Shown here: piece after piece, positions 12,741 through 26,706 of the stretch
Layout of the letters: each line of letters opens with the position of its first letter
How positions within the stretch are numbered: the stretch's first letter is position 1
Notes under the pieces: model-generated
The model's database searches: none
Told to the model about the DNA's origin: nothing
The model's input: the letters and a program-made list of their open reading frames with translations, nothing else
Made by a program: the position numbers and the translations under genes
Assembly (NCBI GenBank): GCA_038087875.1
Contig: JAXLNO010000415.1
Coordinates: 1 to 64,000 of the forward strand
Length of the DNA: 64,000 nt
Source of the DNA: Malacoraja senta
Taxonomy: Eukaryota
Direction: 5' to 3'

Positions 12741-13129
12741 ACTGAGAGTCAGGGGAATGGGAAACGAGAGATATAGTATATATTTTAGTCGCAGTATATA
12801 TTTTATTTCGAACGTAAAACAAAAAAAGTTGAAAACAAAGCAAAATAGCAATAAAATGAACTGAACAATAAACCTATAAACAAAACTCACTGAATAACTT
12901 CTCATAAACATCAAATTAAATCGTACATGTTCGAAAAGGAGTAGGAGGAAGTATACATTATTTATTGCTACCCCTTCACCGTTACCCATCAATTAATTCA
13001 CAAACTTTATCTCATCTGCTTATATATATATATACACATACACAAACATATATATACATACATATATCCAAATAAACCACATATATACATACATATAAAC
13101 ACGCATATGCACGCATGCAAACGCACATA

Positions 13130-14737
13130 CAGTGGCTTGCAAAAGTATTCATACCCCTTGAACTTTTCCACATTTTGTCACGTTACAACCACAAACGTAA
13201 ATGTATTTTATTGGGATTTTATGTGATAGACCAACACAAAGTGGCGCATAATGGTGAAGTGGAAGGAAAATGATACATGGTTTTCAAATTTTTTTACAAA
13301 TAAAAAACTGAAAGGTGTCGCGTGCAAAAGTATTCAGCCCCCTTTACTCTGATACCCTTAAATAAAATCCAGTGCAACCAATTGCCTTCAGAAGTCACCC
13401 AATTAGTAAATTGAGTCCACTTGTGTGTAATCTAATCTCAGTATAAATACAGCTGTTCTGTGAAGGCCTCAGAGGTTTGTTAGAGAACATTAGTGAACAA
13501 ACAGCATCATGAAGCCCAAGGAACACACCAGACAGGTCAGGGATAAAGTTGTGGAGAAGTTTAAAGCAGGGTTAGGTTATAAACAAATATCCCAAGCTTT
13601 GAACATCTCACGGAGCACTGTTCAATCCATCATCCGAAAATGGAAAGAGTATGGCACAACTGCAAACCTACCAAGACATGGCCGTCCACCTAAACTGACA
13701 GGCCGGGCAAGGAGAGCATTGATCAGAGAAGCAGCCTAGAGGCCCATGGTAACTCTGGAAGAGCTGCAGAGATCCACAGCTCAGGTGGGAGAATCTGTCC
13801 ACAGGACAACTATTAGTCGTGCACTCCACAAATCGGGCCTTTATGGAAGAGTGGCAAGAAGAAAGCCATTGTTGAAAAAAAGCCATAAGAAGTCCCGTTT
13901 GCAGTTTGCCACAAGCCATGTGGGGGACACAGCAAACATGTGGAGGAAGGTGCTCTGGTCAGATGAGACCAAAATTGAAGTTTTTGGCCTAAATGCAAAA
14001 CGCTATGTGTGGCGGAAACCTAACACTGCACATCACCCTGAACACATCATCCCCACTGTGAAACATGGTGGTGGCAGCATCATGCTGTGGGGATGCTTTT
14101 CTTCAGCAGGGACAGGGAAGCTGGTCAGAGTTGATGGGAAGATGGATGGAGCCAAATACAGGGCAATCTTGGAAGAAAACCTGTTAGAGTCTGCAAAAGA
14201 CTTGAGACAGGGGCGGAGGTTCACCTTCCAGCAGGACAACGACCCTAAACATACAGCCAGAGCTACAATGGAATGGTTTAGATCAAAGCATATTCATGTG
14301 TTAGAATGGCCCAGTCAAAGTCCAGACCTAAATCCAATCGAGAATCTCTGGCAAGACTTGAAAATTGCTGTTCACAGACGCTCTCCATCCAATCTGACTG
14401 AGCTTGAGCTATTTTACAAAGAAGAATGGGCAAAAATGTGATGTGCAAAGCTGGTAGAGACATACCCCAAAAGACTTGCAGCTGTAATTGCAGCGAAAGG
14501 TGGTTCTACAAAGTATTGACTCAGGGGGGCTGAATACTTTTGCACGCCACACTTTTCAGTTTTTTATTTGTAAAGAAATTTGAAAACCATGTATCATTTT
14601 CCTTCCACTTCACAATTATGCACCACTTTGTGTTGGTCTATCACATAAAATCCCAATAAAATACATTTACATTTGTGGTTGTAACGTGACAAAATGTGGA
14701 AAAGTTCAAGGGGTATGAAAACTTTTCCAAGCCACTG
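13130..14737 (+). mobile_element. Full-length Tc1/mariner DNA transposon, Passport-like, IR/DR type
   Basis: TA TSD (13128-29, 14738-39); about 210-bp TIRs starting CAGTGGCTTGCAAAAGTATTC; inner direct repeat TGCAAAAGTATTCAGCCCC; 1608 bp. Confidence 0.95.
13509..14519 (+). pseudogene. DD34E Tc1 transposase, disrupted
   Basis: MKPKEHTRQVRDKVVEK...GRPPKL...WSDETK...QQDNDPKH-(34)-PIENLW...CAKLVETYPKRLAAVIAAKGGSTKY*; in-frame TAG at 13737-39 and a frameshift near 14437. Confidence 0.93.
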
Positions 14738-16174
14738 TATACACAGTTTATAAAACCATTAGTGCAGCGTAGGTTCACCAGGTTAATTCCCGGGATGGCG
14801 GGACTGTCATATGCTGAGAGAATGGAGCAGCTGGGCTTGTACACTCTGGAGTTTAGAAGGATGAGAGGGAATCTTATTGAAACATAGAAGATTATTAAGG
14901 GCTTGGACACGCTAGAGGCAGGGAACATGTTCCCGATGTTGGGGGAGTCCAGAACCAGGGGCCACAGTTGAAGAATAAGGAGTAAGCCATTTAGAACGGA
15001 GACAAGGAAACACTTTTTCTCACAGAGAGTGGTGAGTCTGTGGAATTGTCTGCCTCAGAGGGCGGTGGAGGCAGGTTCTCTGGATGCTTTCAAGAGAGAG
15101 CTAGATAGGGCTCTTAACAATAGCGGAGTCAGGGGATATGGGGGAGAAGGCAGGAACGGGGTACTGATTGGGGATGATCAGCCATGATCACATTGAGTGG
15201 CGGTGCTGGCTCGAAGGGCCGAATGGCCTCCTCCTGCATCTATTGTCTATTGTCTATTGTCCAAATTCTATGTACAACACGAATATCACGCTGTCAATAA
15301 ACTGAAACTTAACGGACACCACAACCCTTCTTCATTCTTATACCTCTGGAAAATATTTTTTTGGCACTTTTTCTTAAATGTTTGTGCTTTGCTTGAGTTC
15401 CAAAGAGATATGCAAATTTTTTTTTGAGAAATGCAAAAAAGCAACGATGATAATGGAAACAGGCCATTGTTAGTTGTTTGCTGGGTGAGAAGGAGAAGCT
15501 GGTGCGACTTGGGCGGGGGAGGGATGGAGAGAGAGAGAGGGGGGGAAAGGCAAGGGTTACTTGAAGTTCAAGAAATCAATATTCATACCTCTGGGTTGTA
15601 AGCTGCTTGTTTCTTGTCTCTCTTCGCCCCCCCCCCCCCCATCCCCCACTCTGTCAATGCTGGGCTTTGTTAGGGGTGAGGTGTACGTGAACCCATTCAT
15701 TCATCCGAGCGTCATTGTTTTGTGCTGCTCCTCCAGAGGTCAGAGTCACATTCCGCAGTGCAAAACGCCAACACTGTGGGTGTGGGGGCTGGGGGGGACA
15801 ATCTGAAACAAGCTGCACTTGGACTATTGCCTGCAGGTCTGGTCACCACATTATAGGAAAGGCATGGAGGCTTTGGAAAGGGTACAGAGGTGCTCTTCCA
15901 GAAAACTGCCTGATTTAAAGAGTATGCGCTACAAGGCCAACACTGCCTGTCCATGTTCCCCAGAGATGCTGCCTGTACAGAAGGCAGTGGAGGCCCATTC
16001 ACTGCATGTTTACAAGAGAGAGTTAGATTTAGCTGTTTGGGGTAAAGGAATCAAGTGATATGGGGAGAAAGCAGGAACGGGGTACTGATTGGGGATGATC
16101 AGCCATGATCACAGTGAATGGCGGTGCTGGCTCGAAGGGCCGAATGGCCTACTCCTGCACCTATTTTCCATGTT

Positions 16175-16618
16175 TGAATGAATGAATAAGTTTATTGGCC
16201 AAAAAAACCTGTAGTAATGATATTTCGTTCAAGCCTAGGTTTGAATGACAATAAATAGCACTCTATTCTAATCTATTCACATACAAGGAATTAGCCTTGG
16301 TGCTCCAACATGGCACACCGTGACAGTTAAGAATGATACATAAAACATTAAACATTAATAATAAAACATTATTGATTAAACATGTGAATGAAATGAAGCG
16401 AAAGGAGGCAACAGATTTTTGGTTGTTGAGTAGAGCAACTACTCGTGGATAAAAACTGTTTTTATGTCCGGCTGTGGCAGCTTTGACAGTCCGGAGTCGC
16501 CTTCCAGAGGGAAGTGATTCAAAGAGTTTGTGGCCAGGGTGAGAGGGGTCCGAGATGATCTTGCCCGCTCGCTTCCTGGCCCTTGCAGTGTACAGTTCAT
16601 CAATAGAGGGAAGGATTG
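16175..16618 (-). mobile_element. Rex1/Babar-like LINE 3' end, second family
   Basis: ILPSIDELY...DPSHPGHKLFESLPSGRRLR...KNSFYPRVV. Confidence 0.75.
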
Positions 16619-19600
16619 GGGATGATCGGCCATGATCATATTGAATGGCGGTGCTGGCTCGAGGGGCCGAATGGCCTACTCCTCCACTGATTTTTCTATG
16701 TTTCCATGGCCCGCTGAGTTGCTCCAGCACTCTGTGCCCTAGAAGGGTGCTTCATGGTGGATGAGGACCAAGGTGTATGTCACTTTGCGCCATGCCTCCA
16801 TTGACTGACCCAGTGTGGTTCAAACCCATGTCCTTGGATCACCATTGAAGGTCTTGAGATCGTTGCCTGGACAGGCACCAGTTCTCGGCTCATCCACATC
16901 TCATGTTTCTTCCTCACATCAACCACATCCCTTCCAGGGCCAATACCATCTCCCCTCAGCCTCCCTCCCTAGAGCAGTTCAGTTGGGTTTGTTGTCACGT
17001 GTACCGAGGTAGAGTGAAAAGCTTTTTGTTGCGTTCTAACCAGTCAGTGGAAAGACAATACATGATTACAATCGAACCGTTTGCTGTGTATAGATGTATG
17101 ATAAGGGAATAACGTTTAGTGCAAGGTAAAGCCAGCAAAGTCTGGTCAAGGATGGTCTAAGGGTCTCCAATGAGGTAGATAGTAGTTCAGGACTGCTCTC
17201 TGGTTGTGGTAGGATGGTTCAGTTGCCTGATAACAGCTGGGAAGAAACTGTCCCTGACTCTGGAGGTGTGCGTTTTCACACTTCTGTACCTCTTGCCCGA
17301 TGGGAGCGGGGAGAAGAGGGAGTGGACGGGGTGAGACTGGTCCTTGATTATGCTGCTGGCCTTGCCGAGGCAGCGTGAGGTGTGGATGGAGTCAATGGAA
17401 GGGAGGTTGGTTTGTGCGATGGTCTGGGCTGCTGGCCTTGCCGAGACAGCGTGAGGTGTGGATGGAGTCAGTGGAAGGGAGGTTGGTTTGTGCGATGGTC
17501 TGGGCTGCGTCCACAATTCGCTGCAATTTCTTCCCGTCTTGGACGGAGCAGTTCCCAAACCGTGCTGTGATGCGTCCGGTAAGATGCTTTTTCTCGGCGC
17601 ATCTGTAGAAGTTGGTGAGAGTTGTAGGGGACATGCCAAACTTCCTGAGCCCCTTGGTGTGCTTTCTTGTTCGTTGCTTCAATATGGGTGGCCCAGGAGA
17701 AGTTGTTGGTGATATTGACACCTCGGAATTTGAAAGTAAAGGTAAAGCCAGCAAAGTCCGATCAAAGATAGTCCGAGGGTCACCAATGAGGTAGATAGTA
17801 GTTCAGCACTGCTCTCTGGTTGCGGTAGGATGGTTCAGTTGCCTGATAACAGCTGGGAAGAGCAAGGCAGATGGAACAGGCAAGGCATTCCAGACTCCTC
17901 CATCTTCTCCATGGAGACTCTGGAACCTTGGCCATTATCCCATTAAAAAGACTGTCCATACAGAGTTGGCACGTTCTCCCTGTGACCGTACGTGTTTCCT
18001 CCGGGTGCTCCGGTTTCCTCCCCCATCCCAAAGACGTACAGGTTTGTAGGTTTAATTGGTCTTGATAAAATGTAAATTTCGGCCCGAGCTTTCGTTTTTT
18101 TTAGTTTAATTTGGAGACGCAGTGCAGAAACAGGGCCTTCGGCCAACCAGCGATCCCCTGCACTACGAAACGTCACCTATTCCTTTCATCCAGAGATTCC
18201 GCCTGTCCCGCTGTGTTACTTGAGTATTTTCGTGTCTATCTTCGGTGCAAAGCAGTATCTGGAGTTTCTTACGACACTATCCCCCACAAACTGGGGACAA
18301 TTTACATTTACACCAAGCGAATTAACCTACAAACCTGCACGTGTTTGGAGTGCGGGAGGAAGCCGCAGCATCCGGAGAAAACCCGCGCAGGTCACGTGGA
18401 GAACGTGCAAACTCCTTACAGACAGCACCTGCGGTCAGGATGGAACGCGGGTCTCTGGCGCCGTGAGGCAGCAGCTCTACCCGCTGCGCCACCGTGCCGC
18501 CAGAACCTCCGCTTCTGCTGAAAACCCAGGATTCTCTCTGCAATAATTATTGCGGTGGTTGACTTTTATGCTAAAGTATTAACTCTTGTATAAGTTCCTT
18601 AGTGATAGGAGCAGAATTGGGCCATTCAGCCCATCAAGGCTACTCCGCCATTCAATCATGGCTGATCTATCTCTCCCTCCCAACCCCATTCCCCTACCTT
18701 CTCCCCATAACCCCTGACACCCGCACTAATCAAGAATCTATCCATCTCTGCCTTAAAAATATCCATTGACTTGGCCTCCACAGCCTTCTGTGGCAAAGAA
18801 TTCCACAGATTCACCACCATTTGACTAAAGAAATTCCTTCTCATCTCCTTCCTAAAGGGATGTCCTTTAATTCTGAGGCTGTGCCCTCTAGTCCTAGACT
18901 CTCCCACTAGTGGAAACATTCTCTCCACATCCACTCTATCCAGGCCTTTCATACAGGCGGATAGAACAGTTGGGTGAATTGTGAAGCTATCTGAAAAATA
19001 TTTGGCGGTATGTAATTACCGTAAATCTGTATAATTACTGCGGTGATTATATAGATGTTTACGGATATATCATTACTCTTGGATTGTGTAATTACTTTGT
19101 TAAAATCTACAATTACTTAGAGGTCCAAGCAGTTACTATCCTAGTTCTTGGTCTGGTCTGATCAGGAGGGTTATTACTCGTTATTACTCTCATAAGGTCA
19201 TAAGTGATCGGAGCTGAGTTGGGCCATTCGGCCCACTGACATTCAATCATGGCTGATCTATCTCTCCCTCCTAACCCCATGTCCCTGCCTTATCCACCCA
19301 TAAACTCTGACACCTGTACTATACAAGAATCTCTGCCTTGAAAAATATCCATTGGCCTCCACAGCCTTCTGTGGCAATGAATTCAACAGATTCACCACCC
19401 TCTGACTGAAGAAATTCCTCCTCATCTCCTTCCTGCGGAACGTCCTTTAATTCTGAGGCTGTGACCTCTGGTCCCACGCTCTCCCACTCCACATCCACTC
19501 TATCCAGGCCTTTCACTATTCTGGATAGACACAAAATGCTGGAGTAACTCAGTGGGACAGGCAGCATTTAACCCAGCACTTGCAGTTCCTTCCTGCACCT

Positions 19601-20507
19601 CTGCACTACCCTGTATGTTTCAATGAAGTCCCCCTTCTTCTAAACTCCAGCGAGTACAGGCCCGGTGCCAACAAACGCTCATCAGATGTTAACAGGTCTC
19701 GGGATGGCATTACCTCTGGGGAGTACTCATTTATGGAAATAATTTAGTACTCCAGGTGAATTTTGGGCATGTGATTATACTGCACAGGATGTATTTTGTA
19801 CAGTTTGTGACAGTTCTCTGGAGAAATTTATCATCCATCCTGAGGCATTTGATAATTCTGAAGCCCTTCGTCCGAGCAAAATATAATCACTCATATTGTT
19901 ACTCTAAGGTAAGCATACGACATGATTACTCTTACAGCTTACAACCCAGTGGTATGAATATTGATTTATCTCTAACTTCAAGTAACCCCAGCATTCCCTC
20001 TCTCTCCATCCCTCCCCCATACAAGTCGTACCAGCTTCAAAGTCGCCTTGTTGAGTCTCATTGTCTGTAACTCGTTTTCACCTCAACCACAGCAGACAAA
20101 GGCCAGTTTCCTTAATCATCGTTACTTTTTTGCATGTCTTTCATTCATTTGTTCTATATCTCTCTACGTCATCGTCTATATCCCTCGTTTCCCTCTCCCC
20201 TGACTCTCAGCCTGAAGAAAGGCCTCGACCCGAAACGTCACCCATCCCTTCTCTCCAGAGATGCTGCCTGTCCCGCTGAGTTACTCTTCATTATTCTATG
20301 GGCCTGTGTGGCTGTTACTGTGTCTGGTGTAAGGACACGATGGTGATCTGATTAGCCTGAGGATTACCCTGTAAAATAGCCTAATTCTATGTGAAATTGT
20401 ATTAATTTCCAATCTGATACGCTACTGGGAATGCAGTTATTTTACTTAATACACTAATCCAGTTTAGCCTAGTTTAGTTTAGAGATCAGTTTAGTTTAGT
20501 TTAGAGA

Positions 20508-22152
20508 TGTAGGGGTTCTGGTTCCCTTTACTCAACTTCGGGCCCGACTGCCTGAAAAAGGGGTTCCCCTGGGTTCTAGACCTCGGAATTATGGTGGGAT
20601 ATGATAAAAAGGTTGACTTGACCAGAGCGTGCTGATGAGGGAAAACAGAAACCAAGACGGACTCAAAGCAAGTCTAAAATTTACAGGCTTTATTAAACAA
20701 ATGAGAAATCGAATCTCACCAACACTACATAATACGTGACTAAACTCATATGAAGAAAGACTGGATAGACTTGGCTTATACTCGCTAGAATTTAGGAGAT
20801 TGAGAGGGGATCTTATAGAAACGTACAAAATTCTTATGGGGTTGGACAGGCTAGATGCAGGAAGTTTGTTCCCGATGTTGGGAAAGTCCAGGACAAGGGG
20901 TCACAGCTTAAGGATAAGGGGGAAATCCTTTAAGACCGAGATGAGGAAAAACGTTTTCACACAGAGAGTGGTGAATCGCTGGAACTCTCTGCCACAGAGG
21001 GTAGTTGAGGCCAGTTCATTGGCTATATTTAAGAGGGAGTTAGATGTGGCCCTTGTGGCTAAAGGGATCAGGGGGTATGGAGAGAAGGCAGGTACGGGAT
21101 ACTGAGTTGGATGATCAGCCATGATCATATCGAATGGTGGTGCAGGCTCGAAGGGCCGAATGGCCTACTCCTGCACCTATTTTCTATGTATCTATGTATC
21201 TATACTTTAAACTAAGACTATGGGAGAAAATTATCGGGCACGTCGTAAAACTTATTTTACACAATTTTACTTGCAAGTACAGTACACCCCCTTTCCCCTT
21301 CTTCTCTCAACCTTTATCCTATTTCCGGGAACTTCACCAGGTCGTCTGGGGTACTTACAGCTAGGTTGATGCAGGCTCACGAGCCGTCCAGCAGAGCAGA
21401 AAGAGAGCGAGTTCTGGCTTGACTCCTGCTTTTTATACCTGAGTTTCTCCCTTGAAACCCAACCCCCACCCCCCCCAGGTGGTCCTCTGGACAAATGGGT
21501 CTTTTGAGGGTACACAAAAATGCTGGAGAAACTCAGCGGGTGCAGCAGCATCTATGGAGCGAAGGAAATAGGCAACGTTTCGGGCCGAAACCCTTCTTCA
21601 GACGATTCTTTTGATGATTCCCAGTTTCGATCTGGTATGAGCAATAGGCTTCCGATGATAAGGGGTTAAAGAAGGAACTGCAGATGGGTTTCGGCCCGAA
21701 ACGTTGCCTATTTCCTTCGCTCCATAGATGCTGCTGCACCCGCTGAGTTTCTCCAGCATTTTTGTGTACCTTCCGATGATAAGGGGTTTGTTGATGTCAT
21801 GATCCCTCAGCCTGATCGTTATCCCATCGTCTGGATGGGCTCCTGTTGTCCTGATGGATGAGCCATTCACGATGGTGATAGAAGTTGCTGGGCTCTTTAC
21901 CCCCCCCCCCCCCCTGTCTGCTGGGCTCTTTTCCTTCCTTTGTGTATTGCAAGATAATGTCATTATCTCCGTCTCGGCCTTTCCTGCTCACACCATTAGC
22001 ATAGTTGTGTAATGCCCAGGCCCAGAGACAGGTTTGAAACTGGTTCTTCCTTTGTGGATTGGGATTTTTTTCCATTGCAGTCAGTTAAAAATGTCCATGG
22101 TCCTCATCCCCGAGTCCTTCCATAATCTGAGGATTTTCCGCAATAACTTACA
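20508..22152 (-). mobile_element. Solo LTR (TG...CA, 4-bp TSD), interrupted by a CR1 and two Penelope-like fragments
   Basis: TGTAGG...CTTACA ends; GAGA TSD (20504-07, 22153-56) within a SINE tail; minus-strand TATAAAAA 21430-37 and AATAAA 20689-94. Confidence 0.75.
20747..21202 (+). mobile_element. CR1 LINE 3' fragment inside the solo LTR
   Basis: [10 protein letters not shown]...TRGHSL...FTQRVVN; (TATGTATC)n tail. Confidence 0.9.
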
Positions 22153-23683
22153 GAGATACAACATGGAAGCGGGTCCTTCGGCCCATCGAGTCCGTGCCGA
22201 CCATCGATCACCCAGTATACTAGTTCTAGACTTTACAGTTTAGAGATACAGCATGGAAACAGTCCATAGGTTTATGGTGAAGGGGAAAAGAGAAGAGGAA
22301 TTGAGGACCAGGTTCACGGTGAAGGGGATAAGATTTAATAGGAATCTGAGGGGTGACTTTTTCACCCAAAGGGTGGTGGGTGTCTGGAACGAGCTGCCAG
22401 AGGAGGTAGTTGAGGCTGGGACTATCCCAACGTTTAAGAAACAGTTAGACAGGTACATGGATATGACAGGTTTGGAGGGAAATGGACCAAGCGCAGGCAG
22501 GTGGGACTAGTGTAGCTGGCACATTGTTGGCCAGTGGTGGGCAAGTCGGGGCCGATGGGCCTGCTTCTACACTGAATCACCCTATAACTCTACGACCCTA
22601 TACCAGGCCCTTCGGCCCACAGGGTGCATGCTGACCAGCGATCCCCGCACACCAGCACTATCCTACAAACACGAGGGACAATTTACAATGTACGATTTGA
22701 CCAGAGCCAGTTAACCGACACGTCTTTGGAGTGTGGGAGGAAACCGGAGCACCTGGAGAAAACCCACATGGTCCCAGGGAGAACGCACAAACTCTGTACA
22801 CAGGCAGCACTGATAGTCAGGATGGAACCCGGGTCTCTGGTGCAGTGAGGCAGCAACTCTACCCATGCGCCACCAAGCCACCCTAACTACTCAAGGTCAT
22901 CTGATTACTCTGATGTGATTCATCTCTAGTAGGGTGGCTAATACTACTGGATGCAATTGGTATATAACTGCTCTGCGTACTCGTGGCAATGTCATTAATT
23001 ACTCTACAATGTCATTAATCGGGCCGTGTGTGATTACTCTGGAGAATACTACACGTACATAGTCACTTAAGAAGGATTGTGCCGGCTCTGGAGAGGGTAC
23101 AGAGCAGGTTTACGAAAATGATCCCAGGAATGAGTGGGTTAACCTATGATGAGCGTTTGTCGGCACTGGGCCTGTACTCGCTGGAGTTTAGAAGGGGGGG
23201 ACCTCATTGAAACGTTACCGAATAGTGACAGGCCAGGAGTGAGTGGATGTGGAGAGGATGTTTCCACTAGTGGGAGAGTCTAGGACCAGAGGACACAGCC
23301 TCAGAATTAAAGAACACATCTTTAGCAAGGAGATGAGGAGGAATTTCTTTAGTCAGAGGGTGGTGAATCTGTGGAATTCTTTGCCTGTGGAGGCCAAGTC
23401 AGTGGATATTTTTAAGGTGGCGATTGACAGATTTTTGATTAGTGCGGGTGTCAGGAGATGTTTAATTTATTGTCACGTGTACCGAGGTGCAGTGATAAGC
23501 TTTTGTCACGTGCTAACTAGTCAGCGGTAAGACAAGACATGATTCCAGTCGAGACATCCACAGTGTACAGATATATTACACGGATATTGACATTTAGTGC
23601 AAGATAAAGTCCAGGAATGTTTGATTAAATATATTCTGACTTCTTTTTGCAATAGTTAGGAGCTCAGGACCACACTCTAACTG

Positions 23684-25235
23684 GTGAATGTAAACACTCT
23701 GGGGGATGTGATTACTCCAGGGGATGTGATTACTCTGGGGAGTGTGATTACTCTGGGGAGTGTGATTACTCTGGGGAGTGTGATTACTCCAGGGGATGTG
23801 ATTACTCTGGGAAATGTGAATATTCCGGGGAATGTGATTACTCTGGGGAATGTGATTACTCTAGGGAATGTGATTACTCTGGGGAATGTGATTACTCTGG
23901 GGAGTGTGATTACTCTGAGGAATGTGATTAGGGAATGTAATTACTCTGGGGAGTGTGTTTATTCTGGGGAATGTGATTACTCCAGGAATGCAATTACTCT
24001 GGGGAATGTGGTTAATCTGGGGAATGTGATTACTCCAGGGAATGCAATTACTCTGGGGAATGTGATTACTCTGGAGAATGTGATTACTCTGGGAAGGTGA
24101 TTGGGGAGTGTGATTACTCCATAGAAGGTGATTATCCTGGGGAAGGTGATTACAAGGGGAGTGTGATTACTCTGGGGAATGATTACTCCAGTCAATGTGG
24201 TTACTCCAGGAATGCGAATACTCTGGGGAATGTTATTACTCCAGGGAATGTGATTACTGTGGGAATGTGATTACTCCAGGAATGTGATCACTCTGGGGAA
24301 TGCGATTACTCCAGCAATGTGATTACTCTGGGGAATGCGATTACTCAACGTATGTGATTGCTCTGAGGAATGTGATTACTCTGGAGTGTGTGAATACTCT
24401 GGGGAGAGTGATTACCCTGGAATGTGATTATTCTAGGGAGTGTGATTCCTCTGTGAAATATGATTACTCTGGGAATGTGATTACTCTGAGGAATGTGAAT
24501 ATTCCGGGGAATGTGATTACTCCAGGGAATGAGATTAATCTCGGGAATGTGATTACTCCAGGGAACGTCATTACTCTACAAAATGTGAATACTCTGGGGA
24601 AATTGATTAGGGAGTGTGATTACTCTGGGGAATTTAATTACTCCAGGAATGTGATTACTCTGGGAAAGGTGATTGGGGAGTGATTACTCCATAGAATGTG
24701 ATTACTCCAGGGAATGTGATTACTCTGGGGATTGTAATTACTCTGGGGAGTGTGATTACTCTGGGGATTGTAATTACTCTTGGGAATGTGATTACAAGGG
24801 GAATGTGATTACTCTGGAGAATGATTACTCCAGTAAATGTGATTACTCTGGGGAATATGATTACTCTGGGGAGAGTGATTTACTCCAGGGAATGTGATTA
24901 CTCCAGGGAATGTGATTACTCCAGGGAATGTGATTACTCCAGGGAATGTGATTACTCCGGGGATTGTAATTACTCTGGGGAGTGTGATTACAAGGGGAAT
25001 GTGATTACTTTGGAGAATGATTACTCCAGGGAATGTGATTACTCTGTGGTATGTGATTACTCTAGCTGTGTGATTACTCCAGGGCATGGGATTACTCTGA
25101 GGACAATTAATTACTCTGAGGATTTGATTGCAGGGTAGTGTGATTACTCAGTGGAATGTTATTACTCTGTGGACTATTATTGCTCTGCAGAATGTGATTA
25201 CTCTGTGGGATTCCATTACTCCAGGAATGTGATCA
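23684..25235. repeat. About 18-bp minisatellite, consensus CTGGGGAATGTGATTACT
   Basis: Direct tandem array; translates to LGNVIT / ECDYSG repeats. Confidence 0.95.
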
Positions 25236-25859
25236 TTCTGGTGTGGGTAACTATTCTTTAGGTCACAGTTACCCTGTGGACTTGATGAGAGTCTGGAATG
25301 GAATTAGGTTGAGTTTAGTTTAGTTTAGAGATACAGAGCGGAAACAGGCCCTTCGGCCCCACCGGGTCCGCGCCGACCAGCGATCCCCGCACACTAACAC
25401 TATCCTACACACACCAGTGACAATTTACACTTATACCAAGCCAATTTACCTGCATACCTGCACGTGTGGGAGGAAACCGAAGATCTCGGAGAAAACCCAC
25501 GCAGGTCACGGGGAGAAGGTACAAACTCCGTACAGACAGCGCCCGTAGTCGGGATGGAACCCGGGTCTCTGGCGCTGTGAGGCAGCAACTCTACCGCTGA
25601 GCCAGCGTACATGTGTGATTGTACTGGGGGAGGTAATTAGGCTTCATAAAGTGACACTAAAGATATGGGGAGAAGGCAGGAAAATGGGGTTAGGAGGGAG
25701 AGATAGATCAGCCGTGATTGAATGGCGGAGTAGACTTGATGGGCTGAATTGCCCAAATCTGCTCCTATTCCTCACGATCTTATGACTAATAATTATCATA
25801 TGAACATTAATTACTCTGGGGAGTGTGATTTTTCGGGGGAATTATACATCTGTTTGTAC

Positions 25860-26348
25860 ATCTCCGCTCAGTCCGCCTAAACCTACCTGATCTCCCGGTT
25901 GCCGAACACTTCAACTCCCCCTCCCGTTCCCACACTGACCTTTCTGTCCTGGGCCTCCTCCACTGTCAGAGTGAGGCCCAGCGCTAATTGGACGAACAGC
26001 ACCTCATATTTCGCTTGGGCAGCTTACACCCCAGCGGTATGAACATTGACTTCTCTAACTTCAAGTAACAATAGCCAATAGGTGCAGGAGTAGGCCATTT
26101 GGCCTTCGAGCCACCCTCGCTTTCCCTCACTCTATCCATCCCCTTCCCCTTCCCGGTTCTCCCACCAGTCTCCGACTACATTCTATCTCAGTCCCGTCCT
26201 CTCCCCCTGACATCAGTCTGAAGCAGGGTCTCGACCCGAAACGTCGCCCATTCCTTCTCTCCAGAGACGCTGCCCGTCCCGCTGAGTTACTCCAGCACTT
26301 TGTGTCTACCTTCGGTTTAAACCAGCATCTGCAGTTCCTTCCTACACA
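25860..26348 (+). mobile_element. Older Penelope-like GIY-YIG C-terminus plus terminal repeat (relatives near 19935-20285, 42400-42855, 48445-49005)
   Basis: Encodes a PDLPVAEHFNSPS...EQHLIFRLGSLHPSGMNIDF-like peptide followed by the terminal repeat. Confidence 0.75.
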
Positions 26349-26706
26349 TATGATTGAGCGATTGATCTGATCTGCTGACTGTGATTACTTGTTGTAAGCT
26401 GCCACCACATAGTTTCTCCGGGAAATGTGGTTACCCTGATATGAGGGCTCACTCCTGGATTGGAACTGCTCCGTGAAAGGTGAGTATTCTGTTGAATGCT
26501 GAGGCTTCGATTACTCGTGGTGTCTGTGGGCGTGAAATTACTTCAGACTTTCACAACTTCATGTTCATAAGCGAGAGGACCAGAATTGGGCCATTCGGCC
26601 CTTCAAGTCTACTCCGCCATTCAATCATGGCTGATCTATCTCGCCCTCCTAACCCCATTCTCCTGCCTTCTCCCCATATCCCCTGATACCCGTACTAATC
26701 AATAAT

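Noticed and set aside
21797..22075. gag-like ORF
   Set aside because: No recognisable gag motif; lies within the solo LTR
23684..25235. CRISPR-like array or LGNVIT beta-helix protein
   Set aside because: No unique spacers or cas genes, vertebrate context, and frequent frameshifting indels; it is a minisatellite
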